From Candidatus Poribacteria bacterium (GTDB lineage Bacteria > Poribacteria > WGA-4E > PCPOR2b): a stretch of 64,000 nt of DNA. Both the position numbers and the translations under genes were made by a program. Numbering within the stretch: the first letter of the stretch is position 1; each line of letters starts with the position of its first letter. The stretch spans positions 2,880,001 to 2,944,000 of the forward strand of contig OZ244042.1 in NCBI GenBank assembly GCA_965215015.1. The letters are read 5' to 3'. The notes below the pieces were generated by a model that saw only the letters and a list, made by a program, of their open reading frames with translations, was not told the DNA's origin and ran no database searches. Below are positions 48,328 to 58,412 of the stretch, one piece after another.

Positions 48328-48375
48328 GTAGGATGTGGGTCTACCAACCCATCGGGCTTGGCAACCAAGCCCTAC
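48328..48375. repeat. REP-like GTAGG...CCTAC palindrome
   Basis: GTAGGATGTGGGTCTACCAACCCATCGGGCTTGGCAACCAAGCCCTAC. Confidence 0.5.
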
Positions 48376-48612
48376 CATTGACCCAGGCCTCCTCGCTTGA
48401 ATTCCGCTATAATGTGTCTCGAATTATGCACACCCATCAGAATAACTTGTGCTGCCTTTTAAAAAAAAGAGAGCTTGCTATAGAGAAACGGTGTACACCC
48501 GCTTTTAACTTTATAGACACTTACCCTGACAAATTAGAATTTAGCTGTGCCTGATAACCTTATGAAGGGCGTAACCCTCACAAGGTTTTGGGACGCTCGA
48601 CATTGACACGAT

Positions 48613-49905
48613 ATGACAAGCGATTTAAATTCTTTCATTGAAACACTCGGACGAGAAGCATTGGTGCAGATCCAGCTAAAGAAGCTGCAGGTGATGCTTG
48701 CTCCGGTGTTAGCAACTAACCCTTTCTATCGGCGAAAATTGGGCAAGGCAGGAATAGGAAAACCGGAGGATATACAAACGCTTGAAGATTACCAGCAGCT
48801 GCCCTTTACTACAAAGGACGAACTCTCTGCGGATGGGAAGGCACACCCACCGTACGGCACAAATCTCACATTTCCCCTCGAACAGTATATCCGTATCCAT
48901 CAAACCTCTGGCACAACAGGCGAACCGCTGCGCTGCTTGGATACCGATGAGAGTTGGAATTGGTGGGCGCGCTGCTGGGAGGCGGTATATAACGCCGCCG
49001 GTGTGACTTCGAGGGATCGAATCTTCTTCGCTTTTTCTTTTGGTCCCTTTATCGGCTTCTGGAGTGCTTACGAAGGTGCACGGCGGATTGGCACACTGTC
49101 TGTTCCGGGTGGTGGAATGACTTCGCTTCAGCGGGTGCGTGCTATTTGCTCTAACGATATTTCGACACTAATCTGTACCCCCACATATGCCTTGCATCTC
49201 GCTGAAGTTGCCAAAGCAGAGGAGATTGATATCGCCAACGCTAGCGTCCGCGTGACTATCCATGCCGGTGAGCCGGGCGCAAGCCTACCGTGGACGAAAC
49301 ATCGCATCGAAAACGCTTGGAATGCCCGCTGTTACGATCACGCCGGTGCGACGGAGGTGGGGGCTTGGGGGTTTGAGTGTCAGGCACAAGCGGGAGTACA
49401 CCTGAACGAGGGGGAATTCATCTGCGAAGTTATTGACCCCGCGACCGGCGAACCCGCCAAAGAGGGCGAGTTAGTCATCACTAATCTGGGCAGGGTTGGG
49501 ACGCCGGTTATTCGATACCGCACCGGTGATCAGGTCAAGCTGGAAACGGAACCGTGTGAATGTGGACGAACATTTTGGCGTCTTGAAGGCGGTGTCATCG
49601 GGCGCATTGACGACGCGTTAATTATACGCGGCGTGAATATCTATCCGAGCACCATTGAAAACATCATCCGCCGTTTCGCTGAAGTCGGAGAATTTGCGGT
49701 AGATGTCTATCGGCAGGGGGCACTTGATGAGATGGAGATTCGGATCCAGACCAACAGCAGGGATCCCGACATGACTGCCCAAGCTGTCACCAAGGCAATT
49801 CGTGAATCTCTGGGATTGCGCATAGTGGTAAAGCCGGTGCCGCACGGGACATTGCCCAGCTTTGAGTTGAAGGCGCGACGGTTTACAGATCACCGCCGGA
49901 ATTAA
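48613..49905 (+). CDS. Phenylacetate-CoA ligase family protein (PaaK-like)
   Basis: LPFTTKDEL, TSGTTG, HAGEP, GATE, RYRTGD, GRIDD. Confidence 0.88.
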   Translation: MTSDLNSFIETLGREALVQIQLKKLQVMLAPVLATNPFYRRKLGKAGIGKPEDIQTLEDYQQLPFTTKDELSADGKAHPPYGTNLTFPLEQYIRIHQTSGTTGEPLRCLDTDESWNWWARCWEAVYNAAGVTSRDRIFFAFSFGPFIGFWSAYEGARRIGTLSVPGGGMTSLQRVRAICSNDISTLICTPTYALHLAEVAKAEEIDIANASVRVTIHAGEPGASLPWTKHRIENAWNARCYDHAGATEVGAWGFECQAQAGVHLNEGEFICEVIDPATGEPAKEGELVITNLGRVGTPVIRYRTGDQVKLETEPCECGRTFWRLEGGVIGRIDDALIIRGVNIYPSTIENIIRRFAEVGEFAVDVYRQGALDEMEIRIQTNSRDPDMTAQAVTKAIRESLGLRIVVKPVPHGTLPSFELKARRFTDHRRN

Positions 49906-50005
49906 AATCGGTTTGCACTATATCTTCAGGTGATTTGAGATAACTGCGGTATCTATATTGCTAGTGAGGAGAAAAAGGAAATATTTGAAACAGACAATTG
50001 GGGCT

Positions 50006-50908
50006 TTATTGAGCCAGCACCGACTTTCTTTTAGGCACCTCCACCCCTGATCGCCGCATGAAATCTCGCATGATTTCCAACTGGTCCTCTTGCCCACGGC
50101 CTGCATTGCAGAACCGCCTGAAAATATCTTCTACAAGTGGACCAAGTTCTATCGGTATATCGAGTTCTCTGCCAAGCTCAACCGCCAAGTGCACGTCTTT
50201 AACAGCAAGATCCGCAGCAGAATTGACATCTTCTCCCTCTAAGAGCAACCCAATTGTTCGGCGCAGGTACATGCTATCGCCTGTGCTGGTTTTAATCACA
50301 TCGAGCAGGGCTTGTGGGTGGATGCCCGCCTTGGCCCCCATCGCTATCCCCTCGTAGACACCGGCGAAATTGATGAACATTATGAAGTTGTTTACCAGCT
50401 TGGTCACGTGTCCGCTGCCTACCGGTCCCATGTAAGCGATATGGTCCCCGATGCTCTGAAATAGCGGTTGAAACCGTTCAAAATCTTCTTGTTCTCCGCC
50501 CACAAATATAGTGAGTGCCCCATCTCTCGCACCAAACACACCACCACTAACCGGCGCGTCGAGAACGTGAAACCCTTTTGACTCTCCAATTTCGGCGATT
50601 TTGTGCAGGGTTGCAGGTGAATTGGTGCTCAGATCGATATAAGCGCAACCCCTGTTCAATCCCGCGAAAATACCGTTTTCGCTCAGAACAACTGCTTCGA
50701 CCTCTTTGGGACCCGGTAGGGAGGTAAGCACCACGTCAGATTGGGCTGCTACTTTCTGTGGGCTTGTCTCCCACCTTGCACCGGCAGCTTCGAGGGAATG
50801 CCCCATCTCGCGGCGGCTGTCGTAGACCGTTAAGTTGTATTGAGCTTTAAGGAGGTTTGCTGCCATCGGATTGCCCATATTACCCAGACCGATGAAACCA
50901 ACTTTCAT
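50006..50908 (-). CDS. Beta-hydroxyacid dehydrogenase (3-hydroxyisobutyrate/tartronate semialdehyde family)
   Basis: GFIGLGNMG.PMA, DAPVSGG, KLVNN. Confidence 0.9.
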   Translation of the reverse strand: MKVGFIGLGNMGNPMAANLLKAQYNLTVYDSRREMGHSLEAAGARWETSPQKVAAQSDVVLTSLPGPKEVEAVVLSENGIFAGLNRGCAYIDLSTNSPATLHKIAEIGESKGFHVLDAPVSGGVFGARDGALTIFVGGEQEDFERFQPLFQSIGDHIAYMGPVGSGHVTKLVNNFIMFINFAGVYEGIAMGAKAGIHPQALLDVIKTSTGDSMYLRRTIGLLLEGEDVNSAADLAVKDVHLAVELGRELDIPIELGPLVEDIFRRFCNAGRGQEDQLEIMRDFMRRSGVEVPKRKSVLAQ

Positions 50909-51047
50909 ATCAATCCTTCCAAGGTGTGTTGTTAATTATTTTGACCGCGCCGCACGTCCATTGTTCCTGATAACCAAGCATTAGTCCCCCACATTCCCAA
51001 TGGCAGTTAGGAGTTTTGACGCCTTGTTTTAAATTTGTCAAGAATAC

Positions 51048-51434
51048 CTAACGCGATTCATCCTGTGTGGGAAACTCGGCGGGCATGGTGATTTCAATGA
51101 CCTCAAAGTCATCGGAATACTCTAACACCTCATGCTTGATTCCGGGCGGTTGATACCAAGCATCACCCGCCTCAACGCGAATCTCGCCGATGTCTTCAAA
51201 GTCAAGTCGTGCCCAACCCTTGAGCAGGTAATTCATCTGAAATTCGAGGGCATGGGAGTGGTAGCCCATGGGACCTTCACAAGATTGATTGGCGCGGATG
51301 ACGTGCGCCAGTACCTTGCCATTGGTGGCGGTGGTAATTCCCAGATCTCGGTAGACGAAATAGGGGCGTAACCCCTCGGTCCAGTTGGCCTCTTTTATAT
51401 ACGCAGCAAACGCTTTGGCTGTTTTTTCACTCAT
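51048..51434 (-). CDS. Cupin-domain protein
   Basis: YRDLG, HSH..EFQ..Y.LKGW, QPPGIKH. Confidence 0.85.
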   Translation of the reverse strand: MSEKTAKAFAAYIKEANWTEGLRPYFVYRDLGITTATNGKVLAHVIRANQSCEGPMGYHSHALEFQMNYLLKGWARLDFEDIGEIRVEAGDAWYQPPGIKHEVLEYSDDFEVIEITMPAEFPTQDESR

Positions 51435-51736
51435 GTTGTAACTCCTTTTTGTATAAGATGGTAATATCCAATGCCTTTCATAAAATGGTGCTATTCCTGA
51501 TTGTGTTGTCCCGACCTGACTTACACAATCGTGGACTCACAATTTCGTTTGTCCCGCAAATACCAATACTATCAAACGACACTTCATCGTTCGTTGAGTC
51601 TAGAATATAGCACAATGTGCTAGGTGCCTTCGAGACAACGAAATCGGAATTTGCAGCTGTTGATAACGTAAAACGTGATGCGTGAAAACAGTTCTAATGC
51701 AGATTCTATAGGAGTGTCTTCCTTCAAATCAACGGG

Positions 51737-52711
51737 TTAGGTATTGAGGAATGTCTCAATTTCCGATGTCCTTGGTAAAGCAGGGATAACGCCGATTTTC
51801 TGTGTTGTCAAGGCGCCAGCTGCGTTGGCGTATCTCATGATTTCTTGGAGTTGATTATCATCGAGTTTAGGCAGTTCCCCCCCACCTCCGGCGGAACGCA
51901 TTATCTGTGTCAGCATTGCTGCGACAAATCCGTCGCCCGCCCCGAGTGGATCAACCACTTCAACCTTGAATCCATCGACATATCCTTGATGCGCGCCGTT
52001 ATTGTAATAACAACCGTACTCGCCTAGCGTCACAATGACCAGTTCCACGCCAGTCTCCAAGATACGCTCACTTCCACTTTCCAGTTCAGGGGTATCTGTG
52101 ATAAACTCCCACTCCTCGTCTGCGGCTTTGACGACATTCGCATAGGGCATGACCTCCCAGATCCAGCGTTTGGCCTCCTCTGGTGTATCCCACATCATCA
52201 GGCGCAGATTTGGATCGTAGGAGATGAATGCGTCGGAGGCCTTTGCATACTGAATCGCCCTCAACGTGGCATCGCGAACGGGTTGGTGACTTAAACTACA
52301 TGAACCGTAGTGAAATACCTCCGCAGATTGAACATATGCTGCATCAATTTCGTCAGGTCTGAGCAGTATATCTGCCCCCGGATTGCGATAAAAAAAGATG
52401 TCCTTCGCGCCATCTAAGCGGGTAGCAATAAACGCTAATGTTGTCCGGCGACCGGTTTCTGAGATAAGGTGAGCGGCATCAACACGGTTCTGTTCAAGCG
52501 TTTCTCGCAGGAAATCACCGAAGGGGTCATCGCCGATTTTGCCGATAAACCCTGAATCAACACCAAGTTTTGCCAAGCCAACAGCGACGTTCGCAGTTGC
52601 ACCGCCCGCTGCTTTCGCAAATCCCGGTGCTTCTGCAAGCGTAACATCAACTGTTGTGGAAACGAAATCAATGAGTAATTCACCGATACAAAGTGCTCTG
52701 GGCATCTCCAT
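51737..52711 (-). CDS. PfkB-family carbohydrate kinase (fructokinase-like)
   Basis: GELLID, GGATANVA, YDPNLR, DPLGAGDGF. Confidence 0.92.
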   Translation of the reverse strand: MEMPRALCIGELLIDFVSTTVDVTLAEAPGFAKAAGGATANVAVGLAKLGVDSGFIGKIGDDPFGDFLRETLEQNRVDAAHLISETGRRTTLAFIATRLDGAKDIFFYRNPGADILLRPDEIDAAYVQSAEVFHYGSCSLSHQPVRDATLRAIQYAKASDAFISYDPNLRLMMWDTPEEAKRWIWEVMPYANVVKAADEEWEFITDTPELESGSERILETGVELVIVTLGEYGCYYNNGAHQGYVDGFKVEVVDPLGAGDGFVAAMLTQIMRSAGGGGELPKLDDNQLQEIMRYANAAGALTTQKIGVIPALPRTSEIETFLNT

Positions 52712-52761
52712 CCCCTCTGCCGGGACCTATTCCTATCTTTGTATTAAGATTGACGCTTGTG

Positions 52762-53325
52762 TTATTTTCCCTGATGTTGATCAACCGATATGAAAGATGA
52801 CGTTCGCCGATTAGAAGATAGGTGTGGTTTAGGGTATTGATTGATTGGGACAATCTCAAACTCTACGAGCAGTGCTTGTTCATCTCTCGGCGATTGGACA
52901 AGCGTCAGCACATTGTCCGACAGAAGCGGGAGTTGCGGTTGGTACAATGTGATACTTACAACTGTCGCAATCAACGCTAATGAGGTTACAACAGCATAGG
53001 GACGAACCCGTGTTCGGAAACTGTAACGCATCCATGCAAACGACGATTCCAATCGCCGTAAGATACGACGCACCGCAGAGATTTGCTCCTTTTCAATTAC
53101 AGTGATTGCTGCAGCTCGACACATCAGGTCCGGCAGGAAATTGTCAGATGGCTTCACTGGATCGAGCTGGTGAAGGATCTCGCTTGTCTGCCGGAGGCGC
53201 ATTACTTCATGTGCACAACTTGGACACCGCTTGAGGTGCCACTGAATCAGTTGAATCGTCCACAAGGGCATCTCACGGTCTATATAAGCGGATAGCTGTG
53301 GTTGAACATTTTCACACTTTAGCAT
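52762..53325 (-). CDS. Zinc-finger (HxxxCxxC) anti-sigma factor with TM
   Basis: CENV...LSAYIDRE...HLKRCPSC; single TM; downstream of the ECF sigma. Confidence 0.85.
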   Translation of the reverse strand: MLKCENVQPQLSAYIDREMPLWTIQLIQWHLKRCPSCAHEVMRLRQTSEILHQLDPVKPSDNFLPDLMCRAAAITVIEKEQISAVRRILRRLESSFAWMRYSFRTRVRPYAVVTSLALIATVVSITLYQPQLPLLSDNVLTLVQSPRDEQALLVEFEIVPINQYPKPHLSSNRRTSSFISVDQHQGK

Positions 53326-53983
53326 GGGAACTCTCTCCAATTCCAACTTCTGTTAGGAGTGTTTTCATATTTTGGCGGGCGCGATGGATAAGTGATTTCA
53401 CGGCACTAACAGAGCACTCAAGAACTTCTGCGATTTCATCGTACCTTAGATTTTGATAACTGACAAGCGTCAATGCTAAACGCTGATTTTCAGGCAAGCG
53501 GTTAATTGTTTGTTGAATGATGATTTGTTGTTCCTTTTTTTCGTAGACTTCGTCGGGCAGCTGGCTGACATCCTGCATTAGCTCAAGATAGCTGAGGTCC
53601 TCATTGTCAGATACAAGATCATCGAGATAAGCCATATTCCGTCGCTTCCGATTCCGAATTTCGTTCCGGCATAAATTCGTTGCAATGAGATAGAGCCAAT
53701 TTTTGAATCGACACTTGGGCTCATACCGGTCCGCACTCCTGAAAACTCGCAGAAATGTCTCCTGCGCTAAGTCTTCAGCACGGTGATAGTCGCCTATAGA
53801 TCGATAGATGAAATTGGTGATGAGATCTTTATAACGCATCACAATTAGCTCGAAAGCACTCATGTCGCCGTTTCGACACTTCATCATCAATTCTTCGTCG
53901 GAGGTACGCAAAACGCCTGCTCCTTCTTTTCGGTAGTAGGAATTTTGAGGCATTGATACAAAATTATAACATCTAAATAGCAA
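53312..53983 (-). CDS. ECF RNA polymerase sigma factor
   Basis: SDEELM, AEDLAQETF, WLYLIATN, YDEIAEVL.CS..AVKSLIHRAR; real start probably ~53911. Confidence 0.93.
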   Translation of the reverse strand: MLFRCYNFVSMPQNSYYRKEGAGVLRTSDEELMMKCRNGDMSAFELIVMRYKDLITNFIYRSIGDYHRAEDLAQETFLRVFRSADRYEPKCRFKNWLYLIATNLCRNEIRNRKRRNMAYLDDLVSDNEDLSYLELMQDVSQLPDEVYEKKEQQIIIQQTINRLPENQRLALTLVSYQNLRYDEIAEVLECSVSAVKSLIHRARQNMKTLLTEVGIGESSHAKV

Positions 53984-54160
53984 CAGATCAATAATTTTAT
54001 AAACACCGTTGTCCCGCTAAAAGTTTCGCTCGGTGATTTTTGTTGACCAGCGTTTGATAAATTGGTAAGATAATTGTGTGTTCATTTCTAACTATAAAAT
54101 ATAACGTTGTCCGATGCTACACCCAAATCATAAAGTGTGAGAGTTAAAGGAGAGGTAGTA

Positions 54161-55636
54161 ATGAGAGTTGTTACTGGCGGGATCAGCCACGAGACCAGTA
54201 CCTTCACCACAGTCCAAACAGATTGGCAGAGCTACACGGAACGGTTTTATTTGCGGGGTGAAGATATGTTAAACACGTTCCGCGGCACCAACACCCCAAT
54301 TGGCGGATTCATTGACGGTGCGGAAACTCATGGCTTTGAACTGATTCCGACTGTTCTTGCCGAGGCACACCCCAGTGGACCCACCTCTCGAAATATCTTT
54401 GATGCCATTCTGGAGGAGATATTAAACGGAATTACTGAAGCTGGTACAATAGATGGGGTACTGTTTGAGTTGCATGGCTCGATGGTGGTTGGAGACCTTG
54501 AGGGACCAGATGGCATTGATGACCCTGAAGGTCATATACTGGCAGCGATTCGTAAGGCGGTCGGTCCGGAGGTGCCTATCCTTGCCCAATTGGATATTCA
54601 TTCCAACGTCTCTCCACAGATGGTTGATGCTGCAGATGTGTTGATTGGGCGAGAGACCTATCCGGAGATTGATATGGCGGAGCGTAGCCGTGAATGCGCC
54701 GATGTGCTGATGTCCATTGTGAATGACGGCAGACGCCCGACCATGGCACTGCATCAGATTCCAATGATCTGGGGAATACACCAAGTTACGGCGCACCCGC
54801 CGATGCGGGAGGCGATTGAAGAACTTCATCGTATCGAAGCCCAACCCAACGTCATTTGTGGTTCAATTGCGACCTGCTACTATTTGGCGGATGTGCCAAA
54901 TATGGGGGCATCGGTTTACATTGTGACCGATAACGATCGAGCGTTAGCCCAGACCTACGCCGACCAATTGGGGGAGTGGCTCTTTGAGCGGCGCGAAGTG
55001 TGGCACGGTCCCGCCCCTACAACCCGTGAAGCGTTGCAGATAGCGGAAGCAGAGGGAAAATTTCCGGTGATTTTTGCGGATCGTAACGATAACACCGGCG
55101 GCGGTTCTCCGGGTGATAGCACCGGCATGTTGCAGTGTTTCATAGAAGCGGGACTTCAGGATGCGTGCCTACTTTACATCGTCGATCCGGAGGCGATTGC
55201 ACAGTGCCAGAGGGCTGGTGTAGGCGCAACCTTAACCCTAGATGTCGGTGCTAAATCAACCCTTGCACAGGGGCAACCTATCCGCATGACAGCTGAGGTG
55301 ATTGCACTATCGGATGGCAGTTTCCGTTACGATGGACCGATGCTCGCTGGTTTGAGCAGCACCATGGGACCATCAGCGCATATTAAGCAGGATGGTATTC
55401 ACGTTCTGTTAGTCACACAACGGGAACAACCCTTTGATACCGCTTTTTCTCGAACGCTTGGACTGGAGCCGCGTCAGATGCGCTATATCGGCGTCAAATC
55501 TTCCGCTCACTTTCGCGCAGGATTTGAGGCGTGGGCGAGGGCAATCCATGTTGTGTCTGAACCTAGCGTCCACACACTGAGCAATCTGACTTTCAAACGA
55601 CTGGGTCGTAAGTTGTATCCCTTTGATAATATTTAA
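54161..55636 (+). CDS. M81 (MlrC-like) metallopeptidase
   Basis: GISHETSTF, ELHGSM, LDIHSN, TYPEID, DNTGGG, VKSSAHFRA. Confidence 0.9.
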   Translation: MRVVTGGISHETSTFTTVQTDWQSYTERFYLRGEDMLNTFRGTNTPIGGFIDGAETHGFELIPTVLAEAHPSGPTSRNIFDAILEEILNGITEAGTIDGVLFELHGSMVVGDLEGPDGIDDPEGHILAAIRKAVGPEVPILAQLDIHSNVSPQMVDAADVLIGRETYPEIDMAERSRECADVLMSIVNDGRRPTMALHQIPMIWGIHQVTAHPPMREAIEELHRIEAQPNVICGSIATCYYLADVPNMGASVYIVTDNDRALAQTYADQLGEWLFERREVWHGPAPTTREALQIAEAEGKFPVIFADRNDNTGGGSPGDSTGMLQCFIEAGLQDACLLYIVDPEAIAQCQRAGVGATLTLDVGAKSTLAQGQPIRMTAEVIALSDGSFRYDGPMLAGLSSTMGPSAHIKQDGIHVLLVTQREQPFDTAFSRTLGLEPRQMRYIGVKSSAHFRAGFEAWARAIHVVSEPSVHTLSNLTFKRLGRKLYPFDNI

Positions 55637-55915
55637 CACAAGTTGCTAGGTGCTGCTGATATTTGGGTGTCGAGATATAAATATAGATCCACAGGATAGC
55701 TGCCGGTATTAAACCGAGCGGGAGGAGTAGGCAGGTTAGGGTATACGGAGGACACCTACTACCTTCAGCCTACAGTACGATCACAGATTGGGAAACCTGT
55801 CAAGGGACTTTGGTCCGGGTAAGATGACCGTCCTACGGATATAGGGGATTGACTTTCAAACTAGCAACTTAGGTGATATTTAAGTAGCCATAACCCGACT
55901 TTTAAGGAGGACCTT

Positions 55916-56926
55916 ATGAAAATTCCAATTCTATACGGAGCGCGAGATCTCCGCATGGAGGAGCACCCCCTTGATACGGATAACTTGAAACCAACAGACG
56001 TTTGGATCGAGACTGAGATCTCCGCCCTGAAAATCGGGACAGATCGTGGCAACTATGAAGGTGCGGAACAGGTTCCGGGCGCACCTAACTACCCCCGATG
56101 GGTAGGGGACAGCAACTTGGGGGTTGTTCGTGGTGTGGGCAGCGACGTGACCCGCGTGCAGGTTGGTGACCGGGTTGTGACCCGTCAACCTCATCAATCC
56201 GAATACATCACAGATGAATCGGCGAGCATTGTCAAAGTTCCCGATGGTGTACATCCAGAGGATGCTGTATACACCCATCTTTATGCCCTCAGTGGTCACT
56301 GTTATCGTAAAGCGCATTTCCAGCCTGGTGAAACTGTGGCGGTTGTCGGGCTAGGGGTGCTTGGATTGGGGGCGGTTGGGTTGGGACAACCCTTTGGAGC
56401 ACGGGTTGTTGGAATTGGTAATAGCCCTATCCGGTTGGAGATGGCAGAACGCATGGGTGCTCATGCCGCGTTCCTGTACGATGCCCCTGACCTTGATGCA
56501 AAGCTAGACGCATTTACCAACGGCATCGGTATTGATTTAGTTATCCTTACGGCAAACCCATGGACCGCTTTCCGAACGTCTGTACAGATTGTTCGGGATA
56601 ATGGTCGTGTATCTGTGGTCAGTCTACTTGGTCGTGGTGAACCCCCTCTCGATTTTAACCCGCTAGCGATGGAATGGTTCTATAACAAGGGGATTTCAAT
56701 CATTGCGGTGTCGGGGCCTCCGGGCTATCTGTATCCTACACCTGAGGACCGCTTTGGCAATGATCGGCACGGGGATTATATCATTTCTTTAATGGCAGAT
56801 GGGCTCGTTGAGCCGAAGCGGTTAATCACCCATCGCTTCCATTACACAGAGATAGTCAAGGCTTATGAGATGGCGTACCATCGGGAAAAATCAATGTTGG
56901 GCGTCATTTTTAATTGGAAAGATTAG
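55916..56926 (+). CDS. Medium-chain (Zn-ADH-like) dehydrogenase
   Basis: VQVGDRV, GLGVLG, LITHRF. Confidence 0.85.
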   Translation: MKIPILYGARDLRMEEHPLDTDNLKPTDVWIETEISALKIGTDRGNYEGAEQVPGAPNYPRWVGDSNLGVVRGVGSDVTRVQVGDRVVTRQPHQSEYITDESASIVKVPDGVHPEDAVYTHLYALSGHCYRKAHFQPGETVAVVGLGVLGLGAVGLGQPFGARVVGIGNSPIRLEMAERMGAHAAFLYDAPDLDAKLDAFTNGIGIDLVILTANPWTAFRTSVQIVRDNGRVSVVSLLGRGEPPLDFNPLAMEWFYNKGISIIAVSGPPGYLYPTPEDRFGNDRHGDYIISLMADGLVEPKRLITHRFHYTEIVKAYEMAYHREKSMLGVIFNWKD

Positions 56927-56934
56927 GAGAATTC

Positions 56935-58356
56935 ATGTCCAGTACAGAGATATGCTTCCTAACCGCCACAGAGTTGGTGCGTTGTATCCGTGCAAAGGAA
57001 CTTTCTGTCAGAGAGGTCATGGAAGCACATTTGGCTCAAATCGAGCGCGTCAATCCAAAGGTGAATGCTATTGTCACCCACTCGGATCCTGCCGAAGTGA
57101 TAGATCTGGCAGATGCTGCCGATGCAGTGTTGGCAGGTGGTGAAGATGTGGGTCTACTGCACGGACTTCCCATCGCACATAAAGATCTCGTCGAAACCAA
57201 GGACATACGTACCACCTACGGTTCTCCAATTTTCAAGGACTTTGTGCCTGAACACGACGCTTTGATTGTGGAACGCCTGAAGAAAGCTGGAGCGATCACC
57301 ATTGGCAAGACAAATACGCCGGAGTTTGGTGCGGGATCGCAAACTTACAACGAGGTGTTCGGAGAGACGCTCAATCCGTATGATACAACCAAGACTTGTG
57401 GTGGCAGCAGCGGTGGTGCTGCGGTGGCGTTAGCGTGTGGTATGATTCCAATCGCAGATGGGAGTGACATGGGCGGCTCGCTACGAAATCCCGCCAACTT
57501 TTGTAATGTTGTGGGCTTCCGTACTTCGCCCGGCAGGGTACCTGTGTGGCCCGCCCTATTGGGTTGGTTTCCGATATCGGTGGAGGGGCCCATGGCACGA
57601 ACGGTACAGGATGCCGCATTGATGTTAAGCGCAATCGCCGGTCCCGATCGCCGTGCGCCTATTTCTATCAGTGAGTCGGGGGAGATGTTTTCTCGACCCC
57701 TTGAGCGTGATTTTAGTAGTGTGCATATCGCTTGGGATCGGGATTTGGGAGGCCTGCCCATTAATCCGCAGGTGACTGCCACTATTGACGCGCAACGCAG
57801 TACCTTTGAATCGTTGGGCTGTGTAATCATGGACGACGTACCGGATTTTACGGATGCGGATGAAGTCTTTAAGGTATGGCGTGCATGGCGTTTTGAACTC
57901 GCTTATGCTAAACTGTTAGAAACTCACCCGGACCAGATAAAGGATACTGTAGTCTGGAACATCAAAGCAGGTAGTGAGTTAGGTGGGCCACAGATTGGGC
58001 AAACAGAGATTAAACGGACAGCACTCTATCAGCGCGTACGAGAATTTATGGAGACTTACGAGTTCCTAATCCTTCCCGTGAACCAAACGCTTCCCTTTGA
58101 CGTAAAGCAACGCTATGTTACTGAAATCAACGGTGTGAAAATGGAGACGTATATCGATTGGATGCGATCCTGCTATTACCTCAGTGTCCTCGGTCTGCCT
58201 GCGATTTCGGTGCCCTGCGGTTTCACTCCGGAAGGTTTGCCGGTGGGTGTCCAAATTGTCGGACGACACCAAGATGATTTTGGTGTGCTTCAATTAGCTC
58301 ATGCCTTTGAACAAGCTACAGGTTTTTGGAAACAGAGGCCAACCGTGGTCAAATAA
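56935..58356 (+). CDS. Amidase signature family enzyme
   Basis: KD, GKTNTPEF, GGSSGG, GSDMGGSLR. Confidence 0.93.
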   Translation: MSSTEICFLTATELVRCIRAKELSVREVMEAHLAQIERVNPKVNAIVTHSDPAEVIDLADAADAVLAGGEDVGLLHGLPIAHKDLVETKDIRTTYGSPIFKDFVPEHDALIVERLKKAGAITIGKTNTPEFGAGSQTYNEVFGETLNPYDTTKTCGGSSGGAAVALACGMIPIADGSDMGGSLRNPANFCNVVGFRTSPGRVPVWPALLGWFPISVEGPMARTVQDAALMLSAIAGPDRRAPISISESGEMFSRPLERDFSSVHIAWDRDLGGLPINPQVTATIDAQRSTFESLGCVIMDDVPDFTDADEVFKVWRAWRFELAYAKLLETHPDQIKDTVVWNIKAGSELGGPQIGQTEIKRTALYQRVREFMETYEFLILPVNQTLPFDVKQRYVTEINGVKMETYIDWMRSCYYLSVLGLPAISVPCGFTPEGLPVGVQIVGRHQDDFGVLQLAHAFEQATGFWKQRPTVVK

Positions 58357-58412
58357 CATAACCTTCAAAGAAGGAAGTTTGTCTTACGCTCGTTACACAG
58401 AAAGGAGTTACA

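Noticed and set aside
48267-48455. 15-bp direct repeat AATAACTTGTGCTGC (48267, 48441)
   Set aside because: Only two copies around a REP-like hairpin; not an array and no linked recombinase.
51480-51610. Possible riboswitch upstream of the cupin gene (two CGGGACAA motifs)
   Set aside because: No recognisable riboswitch consensus could be matched by eye.
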